From the IMG/VR virus record IMGVR_UViG_3300032334_002236, positions 22,914 through 86,913 of that record: a stretch of DNA of 64,000 nt; one strand, written 5' to 3'. The stretch's first letter is position 1. Each line of letters opens with the position of its first letter. The position numbers and the translations under genes are program-made. This stretch comes from a virus. Positions 1 to 16,838 of this stretch are shown one piece after another. The notes under the pieces are model-generated. The model did not search any database, was not told the origin of the DNA, and saw nothing but the letters and a program-made list of their open reading frames with translations.

Positions 1-7645
<7,645 letters not shown>

Positions 7646-7673
7646 AAGATATTTCCTTGGATAAATTATCCAT

Positions 7674-7680
7674 TATTTAT
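7674..7680 (-). promoter_or_regulatory. T4-type late promoter (ATAAATA)
   Basis: Matches the gp55-dependent TATAAATA core, ~30 nt upstream of ATG 7645. Confidence 0.7.
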
Positions 7681-7707
7681 TAGATGTCGCAGCCATAGGT
7701 CTTATTG

Positions 7708-9705
7708 TTATTGCTGGGATTTCAATTGATCTACTTGGGCTTGCAGCTCTTGGATGGCTGCAACCAACAGCGGAATCACATCTGTGTAGCTGAGACCCAG
7801 TGGTTCTGCAGGATCAGCTGGCACTGTGACGGCTTGTGGAAATACCTTCAACACATCCTGTGCTATGAGGAAACTGCGGCTGATACCTGGTTCATCCTGG
7901 GTGTATCTGCCGGTCATGGCTCGTAATCCAGCCACTTTTTCAGTGGCATCTGTGATGGGTAACAGATCTGCCTTGATGCGTTCATCGCTGTTTGCGGTCC
8001 AACTGGTTTGTCCGTTGCTGATATACACGCCCAGGTTGGCATTGTTCAAGATACTGAAGTTGCTGTAGGTGTTATAAGGACCCACACCCCAATATGCACC
8101 CACATTTGCTCGGCTATGTCTCAAGAATAGCTGTTGGTTAGGTGCTTCCACCTGCACTGATTGGATCACAGGTGCAAATTTGTTGCTAGAGCCTACTACG
8201 AAATTACCATCGCTGTCTATTTTAGCTGCCTGATACATGTCATTTTCAGATGGTCCACTGCGTGTGGCAAAGGCCAGATAACCATAATAATTACCAAGTT
8301 CATCCTCGTTACCAGCATAGATATCAGCCATGGTGCCAGTGGCACCACTGTCATCATTGCTGCGACTGAATCGCACACCAACTGCTGCTGTACCTTGACC
8401 AGCACCATATATCCAGGGGTTGTTCCAATTCTGTGCGATGGCTAATCCAGCCACGTTAGCTGACTGGATGGTTAATTTATTCACCGGCTGGGTGGTATTG
8501 ATACCCACCTTGCCATCATAATTTATAGTAACTTGTTCGCCCAGGTTGGTAGCCAACTGCATGCCACCAGTGGAATTATCAAATCTTATATGGGCTGAAT
8601 TTTGTTTACCGATAATTAAACTGTTTTCTAAACCTATATTCAGATTGCCCAGGAAGAAAGCAGCATCACCGTCCTGCGTGGCATAAAAGTATTCATATTG
8701 TTCCAGCCTGGGAGTGATAAACAAGCTGTTGACAGTATCGAAAACACTGAAACTGTATCCTGGACCATTGGCACCGAAATCCTGGAACACGCTCAATGCT
8801 GCCGTGTCACGGAAATTTTGTCCTATGGTGACACGGCCAGGCATGTTGATGTTGGCTCCCTGGGCACTGAAACTGGTGTAGTTGGCTCCGCTATCCCTGG
8901 TTATGATACTGATGTTGGCATTGTTGATGCTGTTGCTGATCACCAGGTTATTGCTTTGCATGTTCATACGTACCTGGTTGAAAGCACCCATGTTGATGCC
9001 CAGGTTATTTGTGACACTGAGGCTGCCTCTGGTGCCAGTGTTGATATCAGTACGCATGTAGTTGTTGCTGTATAATCCACCCAGCCTGAAACTATCGCTT
9101 ACCTGTCCTGTGAGACGGTTATTTGTGACAAAATTTTGATTGACCAGGTTGAGTCCTGGTGCGATCCTGCTGAACCCACCTATGCTGTTCTGTGGAATGA
9201 ATTCCTGGTCAGCACTGAGTATGGCATATCTGGTGTTATCGATGTTGAAACTCAACACATGATGGTTGGAACCCATTACGTCTCTGATGGTCTCAGCATT
9301 AGTGCCATTGGCACCACCGCTGCCCACTGTGAACCAGGTAGCTCCTATCCAGATACGAACCTGTGGATTACCCAGGTTTCCAGTGTCTAACCACATGTCC
9401 CCCACATTGGGAGCAAGTGGACTGATGCTACTGGTGTAACAGCTGGTCACATTCTTGAAACGCTGTCCATTATAAACATTCAACTGGTTGGTGGTAGTGT
9501 TGTACCATAATTGACCAGTTATGGGTCTCACAGGTGCGGTGCTGTTGGCAAAATTTTCCAATAACGACAGGAAATTCTGATCGATCAATCCACCGTAATT
9601 CTGTATGTTCCTGCCCACGAATGTCAGGTTAGTGCTGTTGTCTAGTTTACCATCTAGCACTACTATGGGGTTCTGTCCGTTGTTAGGGGTGAGTGTATAG
9701 CTCAT
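7708..9705 (-). CDS. Tail fibre with C-terminal intramolecular chaperone (peptidase S74-like)
   Basis: C-terminal SDERIKADLLPI...FLIAQDV...LSYTDVIPLLVAAIQEL coiled coil. N-terminal LVGR/K..YG...LLENFA...GQLWY anchor domain shared with two other ORFs. Confidence 0.85.
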   Translation of the reverse strand: MSYTLTPNNGQNPIVVLDGKLDNSTNLTFVGRNIQNYGGLIDQNFLSLLENFANSTAPVRPITGQLWYNTTTNQLNVYNGQRFKNVTSCYTSSISPLAPNVGDMWLDTGNLGNPQVRIWIGATWFTVGSGGANGTNAETIRDVMGSNHHVLSFNIDNTRYAILSADQEFIPQNSIGGFSRIAPGLNLVNQNFVTNNRLTGQVSDSFRLGGLYSNNYMRTDINTGTRGSLSVTNNLGINMGAFNQVRMNMQSNNLVISNSINNANISIITRDSGANYTSFSAQGANINMPGRVTIGQNFRDTAALSVFQDFGANGPGYSFSVFDTVNSLFITPRLEQYEYFYATQDGDAAFFLGNLNIGLENSLIIGKQNSAHIRFDNSTGGMQLATNLGEQVTINYDGKVGINTTQPVNKLTIQSANVAGLAIAQNWNNPWIYGAGQGTAAVGVRFSRSNDDSGATGTMADIYAGNEDELGNYYGYLAFATRSGPSENDMYQAAKIDSDGNFVVGSSNKFAPVIQSVQVEAPNQQLFLRHSRANVGAYWGVGPYNTYSNFSILNNANLGVYISNGQTSWTANSDERIKADLLPITDATEKVAGLRAMTGRYTQDEPGISRSFLIAQDVLKVFPQAVTVPADPAEPLGLSYTDVIPLLVAAIQELQAQVDQLKSQQ

Positions 9706-9722
9706 GATTACTCCGCAGCTGA

Positions 9723-9729
9723 TATTTAT
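9723..9729 (-). promoter_or_regulatory. Late promoter (ATAAATA)
   Basis: Motif ~18 nt upstream of ATG 9705 with GGAG RBS. Confidence 0.65.
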
Positions 9730-10742
9730 CAGACGGTGATATAAGTGATGCCTGCCCGAACATGGGTATTTGCTGTGGTACTCACAGCATACAGCGATAC
9801 CAGATCAGCTAACAAATCAGTGCTCAGTGAGAGTAGTGATCCGCCTGCTATCACTTCACTATATACCACCAGGTTACTGATTATGCCGTTATGTGTCAGC
9901 AATACTTCCATGGAATGCGAATTAGATGCGGTAAATGCAGATATCACATATTTGGCTGTCCTGTATTGGACATGATCAAAGCTGTCCAATGTTACGATAC
10001 TGGTTCCCACAGTGGTTGGTGCTCCGTCATATAATATGGAGTTATTGATCAGTGTGGTATTGGCAGTTATCTGCATGACAGGTGTATTATTTGCCAGGAT
10101 CAGATTAATCTGGCCTTGGCCCTGATTATCGTAGACTGCTTGCACATGGATACTATTATTGACGATTTCCGTGACAACAGAACTGACACCAAACACCCGT
10201 GCTTCCACGATATCAGTATCAAGTGGTACCTCACTCTGGAAACTCAACACGTTGCCGCTGACTGTGTAACTGCGCCCTGGTATCTGTGCCACACCGTTAA
10301 CATGCACCAATGTGCCCTGTGTGTTGCTATTCTGTGTGAGATAAAAATTACCAGTGACATTATCACCTGTGAACACATCGCTGGTCACATAACTGTTACT
10401 GATGGTACCGCCACTGGTGCCGCTGCCCACTGCTTGCCATGCAGATCCAGTGTATACTTCCAGGCTACTGCTGACAGTGTTGAATCTGATCTGGCCGCTT
10501 ACTGCTGTGGGTGGATATGTGTTGTTGCCATTGGGCGCAACCAGGCTCGTGGTGGCTACGATGGTGTTGGCATTGATGATGCCACGCACATCCAGATCAA
10601 ATCTGGGCATGACAGTGTTGATGCCCAGCCTGCGATTACTGACATCGAAATATGCCAGATTGCTGTCGATAACCAGATCCACACCATTGCGGATCAGGTT
10701 GTCCCGGAGCATGGAACCAGCTACTTTACCCAGAATTGCCAT
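9729..10742 (-). CDS. Virion structural / fibre-associated protein
   Basis: 337 aa. GQIRFNT..LEVY motif, DVFTGD..F.L repeat unit and C-terminal YRTAKYVI domain; located in the structural cluster. Confidence 0.7.
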   Translation of the reverse strand: MAILGKVAGSMLRDNLIRNGVDLVIDSNLAYFDVSNRRLGINTVMPRFDLDVRGIINANTIVATTSLVAPNGNNTYPPTAVSGQIRFNTVSSSLEVYTGSAWQAVGSGTSGGTISNSYVTSDVFTGDNVTGNFYLTQNSNTQGTLVHVNGVAQIPGRSYTVSGNVLSFQSEVPLDTDIVEARVFGVSSVVTEIVNNSIHVQAVYDNQGQGQINLILANNTPVMQITANTTLINNSILYDGAPTTVGTSIVTLDSFDHVQYRTAKYVISAFTASNSHSMEVLLTHNGIISNLVVYSEVIAGGSLLSLSTDLLADLVSLYAVSTTANTHVRAGITYITV

Positions 10743-10774
10743 CTATCTCACCTTGATAAGGTATTTAACAATGC

Positions 10775-11188
10775 TCAGGATACATAAGCATCTGTGCTGG
10801 CAAAGTTATGGAATATCACTACAGTTTGCCCAGCAGGTGGTGGATTAAGGAAAGTTATAGTGGCATTGCTTAATGTGAAAGCATCATCTGGATTCTGATG
10901 CACGTTACCCACGAATACCAGGACGCTGCGGCTGCTTACAGGAATCTGGCTCAATGTATACTGTGTCTGTGATCCGTTACCAGTAAATGTGTCCTTGGTG
11001 ATGGATACCTGGCCAGTGATAGCCAAAACCAACCAGGAATTGTAATAGATCTCGAAACGCTCAGTATCTGAATTGAATCTGATCTGACCATTCACAGGTG
11101 CAACTGGTCTACTGGCAGTATTACCCACAGGTAACTGTATGGCTGTACTTCCGGTCTTGATCTGATCGTTTTTAAGATATCTGGCCAT
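10775..11188 (-). CDS. Virion structural protein
   Basis: 137 aa. LPVGNTASRP..GQIRFN and DTFTGNG..Y.LS..VFVGNVHQNP motifs shared with its neighbour. Confidence 0.7.
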   Translation of the reverse strand: MARYLKNDQIKTGSTAIQLPVGNTASRPVAPVNGQIRFNSDTERFEIYYNSWLVLAITGQVSITKDTFTGNGSQTQYTLSQIPVSSRSVLVFVGNVHQNPDDAFTLSNATITFLNPPPAGQTVVIFHNFASTDAYVS

Positions 11189-11496
11189 TAGAGTCCAATA
11201 TACCCCACTGTGCTATTGATCACGCTGTTGGCATTGGCACTGGCATAAACTGCATCGCCGTTGCTTAGGATGATTTTTTCTTTGTCTACCACCAGTGTAT
11301 CGCTGGTGCTTATGCTGTAATTTTTGTATACGATGGTAGTATTGTCTGGACTACCACCATTGGGCACCAGATACATATTGATGGTGTGGTTAACACTATC
11401 AGTGTTACAAAAATACATAAGTGTCACCACAGTCTGCCCAGTGCTGGTATAGATGGCAGTGGGACTGGTGGTTAGTGTGTTATTGACTATGGCCAT
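11188..11496 (-). CDS. Small virion structural protein
   Basis: 102 aa, beta-rich, TAATG overlap with the downstream gene, AGGA RBS. Confidence 0.7.
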   Translation of the reverse strand: MAIVNNTLTTSPTAIYTSTGQTVVTLMYFCNTDSVNHTINMYLVPNGGSPDNTTIVYKNYSISTSDTLVVDKEKIILSNGDAVYASANANSVINSTVGYIGL

Positions 11497-11504
11497 GTTT
11501 GTTC

Positions 11505-12272
11505 CTAACTAAAAATCAAAGCCAAAACAGTGGCTTTACTCTTGCTTATCAATTCATCTTGTGTGCTGGTATTTACGAAGTATAGGCCTGTGCCGCCGCT
11601 GCCTGGAGCATTAGCATACAATGTGACTTTACCACTGGCACTTGCTGGCTGGGCTGAGTAAGACATCTGTACAGGACTGCCAACTTGGAGCGGGCCTGTG
11701 AAATTAGTGATGCTGTTGGTGGTTAAACGCAGATTTCCCACAAAGAAGATACCAGATCCCGCATTATATTTCAGCACACTGTCGCCCAGGAAACTGGTGC
11801 CGTTGCTGTATTGTACGCTCTGGGCTGAACCACCAGGTTGTGATGACGGCAAGCTCTGCAGATATCCTTTGGTCACTACATCGTCACTATTGACAGGTGT
11901 TGCTGCCCTGATGGCACTGAGGTTACTTCCCAAGAGTCCTTCGAATCTGCTGCTTACTTCACTATATTGCCATATGGCATTGGCACTGGTTCCGCGGCTG
12001 ATTATGATGCCACTGTTACTCTGTGTGATACCTGCACCGGTTTCTCCGCTGTTCAATGTCATGAACAAGTTTCCGGATGTGCTGTTGGTAGTGGTCACAC
12101 TCACAGTATTTCCCAATACCAACAGGTTACCATGGATGGTAGTCAATCCACTGTAGATATCCAACTTGTTATTGGTGATGCTTGTATTTCCCAGCACATT
12201 GAAATTACCGTGTATGGACACGGTATTACTATAGATGTCATAATTTCCACTAAATCTTCTGATACTGTCCAT
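11505..12272 (-). CDS. Virion structural / fibre protein
   Basis: 255 aa, N/G/S/T-rich beta-strand repeats, late promoter at 12291-12297. Confidence 0.7.
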   Translation of the reverse strand: MDSIRRFSGNYDIYSNTVSIHGNFNVLGNTSITNNKLDIYSGLTTIHGNLLVLGNTVSVTTTNSTSGNLFMTLNSGETGAGITQSNSGIIISRGTSANAIWQYSEVSSRFEGLLGSNLSAIRAATPVNSDDVVTKGYLQSLPSSQPGGSAQSVQYSNGTSFLGDSVLKYNAGSGIFFVGNLRLTTNSITNFTGPLQVGSPVQMSYSAQPASASGKVTLYANAPGSGGTGLYFVNTSTQDELISKSKATVLALIFS

Positions 12273-12311
12273 TGTGTGTTCCGGCTAGATTATTTATCTG
12301 ATGGAAAAAAC

Positions 12312-12340
12312 TCAGAAAAATAGCGGCCGGAGCCGCTATC
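12312..12340 (-). terminator. Rho-independent terminator
   Basis: ATAGCGGC-TCCG-GCCGCTAT hairpin followed by a T-run on the minus strand, just after the stop at 12348. Confidence 0.8.
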
Positions 12341-12347
12341 TGTTTGT

Positions 12348-13166
12348 TTAAGCCTGTGGCAGTCTTACTGTAGTAGCAGTAGGATTGCTGAAGGTGTAAG
12401 CATATTTGTTGCCTGCAAAATCACGAGCAAACTTGTTGTCCAAACGAGCGACATATGCTGTTACAAACATGTCACGAGTGCTGTTTGACACAGCTTGGCT
12501 ACTGAAGCTGATGCTGGCATTAGCTAGTCCATTGGCAATAGTCACGTTCGTGACAACCACGTTGCCATTCAAACCAGTGTTATTGATGACCTGTATTTCA
12601 GGATCTGATGTGGTAACTGGACCACTGATGACACCAGCTACGTTACCCACTGCATAAGTGACATAAGCACTGGTAGCAGGGCTACCATTTTGCTTGAGAT
12701 TAGCACTAAGCAGAACGGCCTTGTCCATGGTGATGCTCATTTCACCAGGTGACAATTCTTGGGGCAACTTGTTGACCAGCTTGCAAACCTGTGCACCATA
12801 AGCACTGCCAGTTGTAGTCAATGCACTGTTCTGTGCGATGCAAGTGAAGATATCACCAGCAACTGCATCTTTAGGGCCACCAAGTGCTGCCCAATCAGTA
12901 GTACCTACGGTTTTGACCACATAGGCGTTGCCATTAGTCAAAGCCTCATCTTGGATGGTATTAGTTGTATCAGCAACTAAAAACTTGCTGCGGCCACGAG
13001 CACGTAGCAAGCTGCCGTTAGCTTGTGTGCCATTCTGTACCACATTGACTTGAGCTTGGATCTGGCTACCAGTGATGGTTGCGAGACCACCTGTGCCACC
13101 GATTACGTTTAGCGCATCAGCATACAGGTTCACTGTTGCTGATTTCTGAATCTTAAATTTTGCCAT
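12348..13166 (-). CDS. Hypothetical virion protein (monocistronic late gene)
   Basis: 272 aa, strong AGGAGA RBS, own late promoter (13231-13237) and own terminator. Confidence 0.75.
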   Translation of the reverse strand: MAKFKIQKSATVNLYADALNVIGGTGGLATITGSQIQAQVNVVQNGTQANGSLLRARGRSKFLVADTTNTIQDEALTNGNAYVVKTVGTTDWAALGGPKDAVAGDIFTCIAQNSALTTTGSAYGAQVCKLVNKLPQELSPGEMSITMDKAVLLSANLKQNGSPATSAYVTYAVGNVAGVISGPVTTSDPEIQVINNTGLNGNVVVTNVTIANGLANASISFSSQAVSNSTRDMFVTAYVARLDNKFARDFAGNKYAYTFSNPTATTVRLPQA

Positions 13167-13177
13167 TTTATTCTCCT

Positions 13178-13223
13178 GTTGCGACGTTCTAGGTCATCGG
13201 CTGGCTGACCGAAGTCTATCAAC
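13178..13223 (-). promoter_or_regulatory. Candidate structured 5' leader (three-way junction) next to the RBS
   Basis: Minus strand: GTTG/CAAC closing stem enclosing TCGGT/GCCGA and GAC-CTAGAAC-GTC hairpins, directly before AGGAGA. Confidence 0.35.
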
Positions 13224-13236
13224 GACTATCTATTTA

Positions 13237-15096
13237 TCAGTTTATCTGGCTATATGCATTAATGCGAGTGACCCAATGCCAGTTTACCAGGTTTACTACC
13301 AAGGTACTGCGTGTCTTTGCATAAAGCACGTCGATATTCCATAATTTGATCTCTATGGGACCAGATGCACCAGCTTTCACTTGCAGGGGGCTAACCAGGC
13401 TATCCTGGCCGCTTATCTGCAAGAAATTCTTATCGCCACCAGAGAATCCGGAATTAACCACCCTGTATTTGTTGCTGCCAGCATCATTGATGGTTACTAG
13501 ACCGCTATAATTCTCATTGGTGGTGATCTCGGTGAATTGCATCCATATGGTGGCACTGTAAAAATCAAATGGATCGGTTATGGTCAGCACAGTATGTGCG
13601 GTATATGCTGCTTCACCTGAGGGGAACTCCACTGCTGTGGTATATGGCACAGTATTGATTCCATTGACAACACTAGCAGCAACTGGAGCATCTATCCACT
13701 GAGCGATGGTACCGTTGGTACCTAATACTTTGTTGGCTTTGTTAGTCTGATCAGGCAATACTGCTGGTGTCAACCAGGCTAATTTGTTGTTGTTGCCCAG
13801 GCCCAATACAGCACCTGGTGATCCGCCACCCACGCTTATGGTGTTAGCTAGACCCAGATCCACATTGCCTCTCACTGTGAGCAGTTGCATGTTAGGCAAA
13901 GCCGTGATGAGATATTGGACAGGGTCAGTGACAAACCTGGCTTGTATGGCCTGTTGGCTATAGATGCTGCTGTTGGCGCTACCGTTGATATTACCTGAGA
14001 TGGTGCTAGTTACAGCTAGCCCAGTGAGTGTACCCAGGCTGGTGATGTTTGGTTGTGCTGGGGTCAGGATGTTTCCTGATATTGCTTGTGTCTGTAGTGT
14101 ACCTGTGACCAACGTACCCACAGTGGCAGTACCAGTTACAGTGATGCTGCTCAGGTTACCTAAACTGGTTATGTTAGGTTGTGGTCCTGGCCCCAATACG
14201 CCGTTAAGGATAGCAGCAGTGACATTGCCTGCCGTGATAGCACCTGTGACATCCAATGATGTCAATGTGCCCAGGCTGTTTATGTAAGGCTGGTTATTGG
14301 TAAGGATCAGTCCATTGATGCCTTTGCTGGCACTAAGCACATTAGCACCAAAATTATTATTGACTTGGAAATTATCAGCCACTAGACTGGTAAAGCTGCC
14401 AGGATAACGCAATCCACTTTGGTTAATAGGACCAGTGATATTACCAAAAAAGTCCTGTGCTGTGACTCTGACAGCTGTGACTTGTGTAAAGGCAGCTACA
14501 TTTGGCACACGATTACCTATGACGCCATTGAAATAACCTGATATGTCAGGTGATTTTATGCTTGTGGCAGTGACACTGGTAAATGCACCAGTATTAGGGG
14601 CAGTTAGTCCTATGGGACCAGTATAATTTCCACTGGTGCTGTTATTAGCAATGACATTACCTATCTGAGCTTTGTTATAGATGAAGCTGTCTGTTACGAT
14701 CAGATTCTTGATCACTGCATTCACAGCACTGAGATTGATCACTGACAAGTTTGCTATCACTGCACTGTTAGCAGTCATGGCATCAGTAACCAGATTGGTA
14801 TTGGTGCTATTCTGGCCAACTATCACGAATCCCGGCTTGCCATTAGCACCGCCGTTACTAGTCCAGACGTACAATGTTTGCTTAGTTTTACTAAACCAAA
14901 GTTGCCCCACTAAAGGATTTTGGGGTGGGATCGTGTTGGCATAATTTTCCAGCTGACGTATGCTGTTTCCAGCAAAAACAGTGGCATAATCAGCATAACC
15001 TTTGCCTACCAGCGTGGTACTGTAGGTTGTGTTCAATGTACCGTCAGTTACTGTTACTAATGGTGTTCCGTCAGTGAGATTAACGCTATAGGTCAT
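13237..15096 (-). CDS. Tail fibre-like protein
   Basis: 619 aa. Shared N-terminal anchor (LVGKGY...LENYA...GQLWF) and repeated QPNITSLGTL.SL.VTG units. Confidence 0.8.
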   Translation of the reverse strand: MTYSVNLTDGTPLVTVTDGTLNTTYSTTLVGKGYADYATVFAGNSIRQLENYANTIPPQNPLVGQLWFSKTKQTLYVWTSNGGANGKPGFVIVGQNSTNTNLVTDAMTANSAVIANLSVINLSAVNAVIKNLIVTDSFIYNKAQIGNVIANNSTSGNYTGPIGLTAPNTGAFTSVTATSIKSPDISGYFNGVIGNRVPNVAAFTQVTAVRVTAQDFFGNITGPINQSGLRYPGSFTSLVADNFQVNNNFGANVLSASKGINGLILTNNQPYINSLGTLTSLDVTGAITAGNVTAAILNGVLGPGPQPNITSLGNLSSITVTGTATVGTLVTGTLQTQAISGNILTPAQPNITSLGTLTGLAVTSTISGNINGSANSSIYSQQAIQARFVTDPVQYLITALPNMQLLTVRGNVDLGLANTISVGGGSPGAVLGLGNNNKLAWLTPAVLPDQTNKANKVLGTNGTIAQWIDAPVAASVVNGINTVPYTTAVEFPSGEAAYTAHTVLTITDPFDFYSATIWMQFTEITTNENYSGLVTINDAGSNKYRVVNSGFSGGDKNFLQISGQDSLVSPLQVKAGASGPIEIKLWNIDVLYAKTRSTLVVNLVNWHWVTRINAYSQIN

Positions 15097-15124
15097 GTTC
15101 TTGCCTCAGAGTATTTATCGGCTG

Positions 15125-16060
15125 TTAGCCCACGAGCCTGATGCTAAATCCACTGTTGCTGTCATTTATATGAGCATTGCTACTGGCACTGATCATGAAT
15201 TGCAATACATCGCCAGCAAAACAGTTGAGGAATCCCCTGATGCTCAGTTGTTGTTGGGTGCTTGTGGAATGTTTGTTCTCTGCGATGAGACCAGTATAAT
15301 CCTGGTTCTGCCACCACATTACCCGGTGTCGATCATAACCTGTGGCGCCGCCCAGTGTCTGGACATATCCATGCACCTCATATGTGCCGTCCACAGGGCA
15401 TTGGAACACCCCGCCACCAGGAGTGCTGAGCCAATATCCACCATTATTCACAGGCACATAGACTGCATCATATGTGCTGGGCACATCGATTCCTGATCCT
15501 GAAAAATATCCGGTACCAAATGTGTTCACACGATAATTGGCACACACACAAGCATTGTATGGAAAATTGATCTGGCCCTGGTAATTGGTTTTAAGCACCG
15601 TGGTGCCCTGTACTTGCAGATCAAATTCCTTGGCTTCGGCACGTAGTTGCCCAGGATTGCTCAAGATAGGACCGATCACTGTGAAAGCGTTATTGTAGTA
15701 TACGCTCAACTGTAGATTGTTGGTATCCCACCATAGATCGCCATTGTTTACCAGCAAAGGTTTATTGTCTGATTGGATCATGCCAGTGAGCGATTGCCAA
15801 TAAGCCTGCGTGGGTGTTACCCTGTAAACTTTTATGTTCTGGCTGTTGAGATCATACCATAGCTGCCCTTGTACAGGATAGTTAGGAGCACTGGTATGTG
15901 CGAAATTTTCCAACAGGTATACCAGGTTCTGATCGAATATCTCACCATAAGCTGGATAATTCTTTCCCACTAATACCAGGCTGGTGCTTTTCTCATCTAG
16001 TGTGCCGTCAGCTATGTTCACGAGTGGATCTGTGTTGCTACGTTTGATATAATAGGTCAT
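15125..16060 (-). CDS. Short fibre protein with C1q/TNF-like C-terminal head
   Basis: 311 aa. Shared N-terminal anchor; C-terminal G.F.CPVDGTY...L...AGD...NSGFSIRLVG pattern typical of C1q-like domains. Confidence 0.7.
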   Translation of the reverse strand: MTYYIKRSNTDPLVNIADGTLDEKSTSLVLVGKNYPAYGEIFDQNLVYLLENFAHTSAPNYPVQGQLWYDLNSQNIKVYRVTPTQAYWQSLTGMIQSDNKPLLVNNGDLWWDTNNLQLSVYYNNAFTVIGPILSNPGQLRAEAKEFDLQVQGTTVLKTNYQGQINFPYNACVCANYRVNTFGTGYFSGSGIDVPSTYDAVYVPVNNGGYWLSTPGGGVFQCPVDGTYEVHGYVQTLGGATGYDRHRVMWWQNQDYTGLIAENKHSTSTQQQLSIRGFLNCFAGDVLQFMISASSNAHINDSNSGFSIRLVG

Positions 16061-16686
16061 GCTGAAACACCCAAGTTGGTCAAGCTCTGGATCCTGATGG
16101 TATAATCCACTTGTATCTGCCTGTTGAGGCTCTTCTGTATGGGATGGAATATCACATGTGTTAATAGCATACCTGGATTGGCTGTGATGCCGTAATCATC
16201 AGTGGTGGTGCCAGCATAGCTTTTTATGCCCATCTCATCAAAAACATAAGTGTCATTTACCAGATAACTGTTGTCGAAAGCCAACTGATCACTGGGCTCA
16301 CCGTAATCCAACACACAACTGATGAACAGATCAGTGTACACTTGCCCAGGAGTATGTCTCACCTGTATGTTGTTGCGTGTGGCATCAGTATTACTGCTCT
16401 GGTATTGGTTAACGATCTTTTTATAAGTCTGGTTATACAAGCTGCTGTTGCTGCCTTTGGTGTTGGTGGGCAGATATGTTATCACGCCAGTGTTGTCTAT
16501 ACTGGTACCACCATTTCCAAATACCATCTCACTGACAAAACCTTGCCCGCCATTCACGAGGCTTTGGGCAATGGCCAGACTGAAGTTTTCATAATGTATG
16601 GCATTGTGATCGTGATAAAAAATGGTGCCATCTGTGGGACTCCAGATCTTAACGTCGCCGGTTATTTGCAGTGGCAAGTGGTTCAT
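16057..16686 (-). CDS. Baseplate-associated structural protein
   Basis: 209 aa. FGNGGT...LDYGEP..Q.AFD...FDEMG...LLTHVIFHPIQKSLNR; ATGA overlaps on both sides. Confidence 0.7.
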   Translation of the reverse strand: MNHLPLQITGDVKIWSPTDGTIFYHDHNAIHYENFSLAIAQSLVNGGQGFVSEMVFGNGGTSIDNTGVITYLPTNTKGSNSSLYNQTYKKIVNQYQSSNTDATRNNIQVRHTPGQVYTDLFISCVLDYGEPSDQLAFDNSYLVNDTYVFDEMGIKSYAGTTTDDYGITANPGMLLTHVIFHPIQKSLNRQIQVDYTIRIQSLTNLGVSA

Positions 16687-16838
16687 GCGCGGGTTTCCAG
16701 TAATATTTGTCCTGATTCACCATCAGTTATCTTGAGGAACCCTTGTAACAGGATGCCACTGGATTCTTCTGGCAGATCTTCAACAACATTCTGTTGTTGT
16801 GGTGTATTATTTATCTGTGATTCCTGCTGCGAATCCAT
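16683..16838 (-). CDS. Small 51-aa protein below the ORF-track cutoff
   Basis: MDSQQESQINNTPQQQNVVEDLPEESSGILLQGFLKITDGESGQILLETRA*. TAATG overlap with the upstream gene and ATGA overlap with the downstream gene. Confidence 0.7.
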   Translation of the reverse strand: MDSQQESQINNTPQQQNVVEDLPEESSGILLQGFLKITDGESGQILLETRA

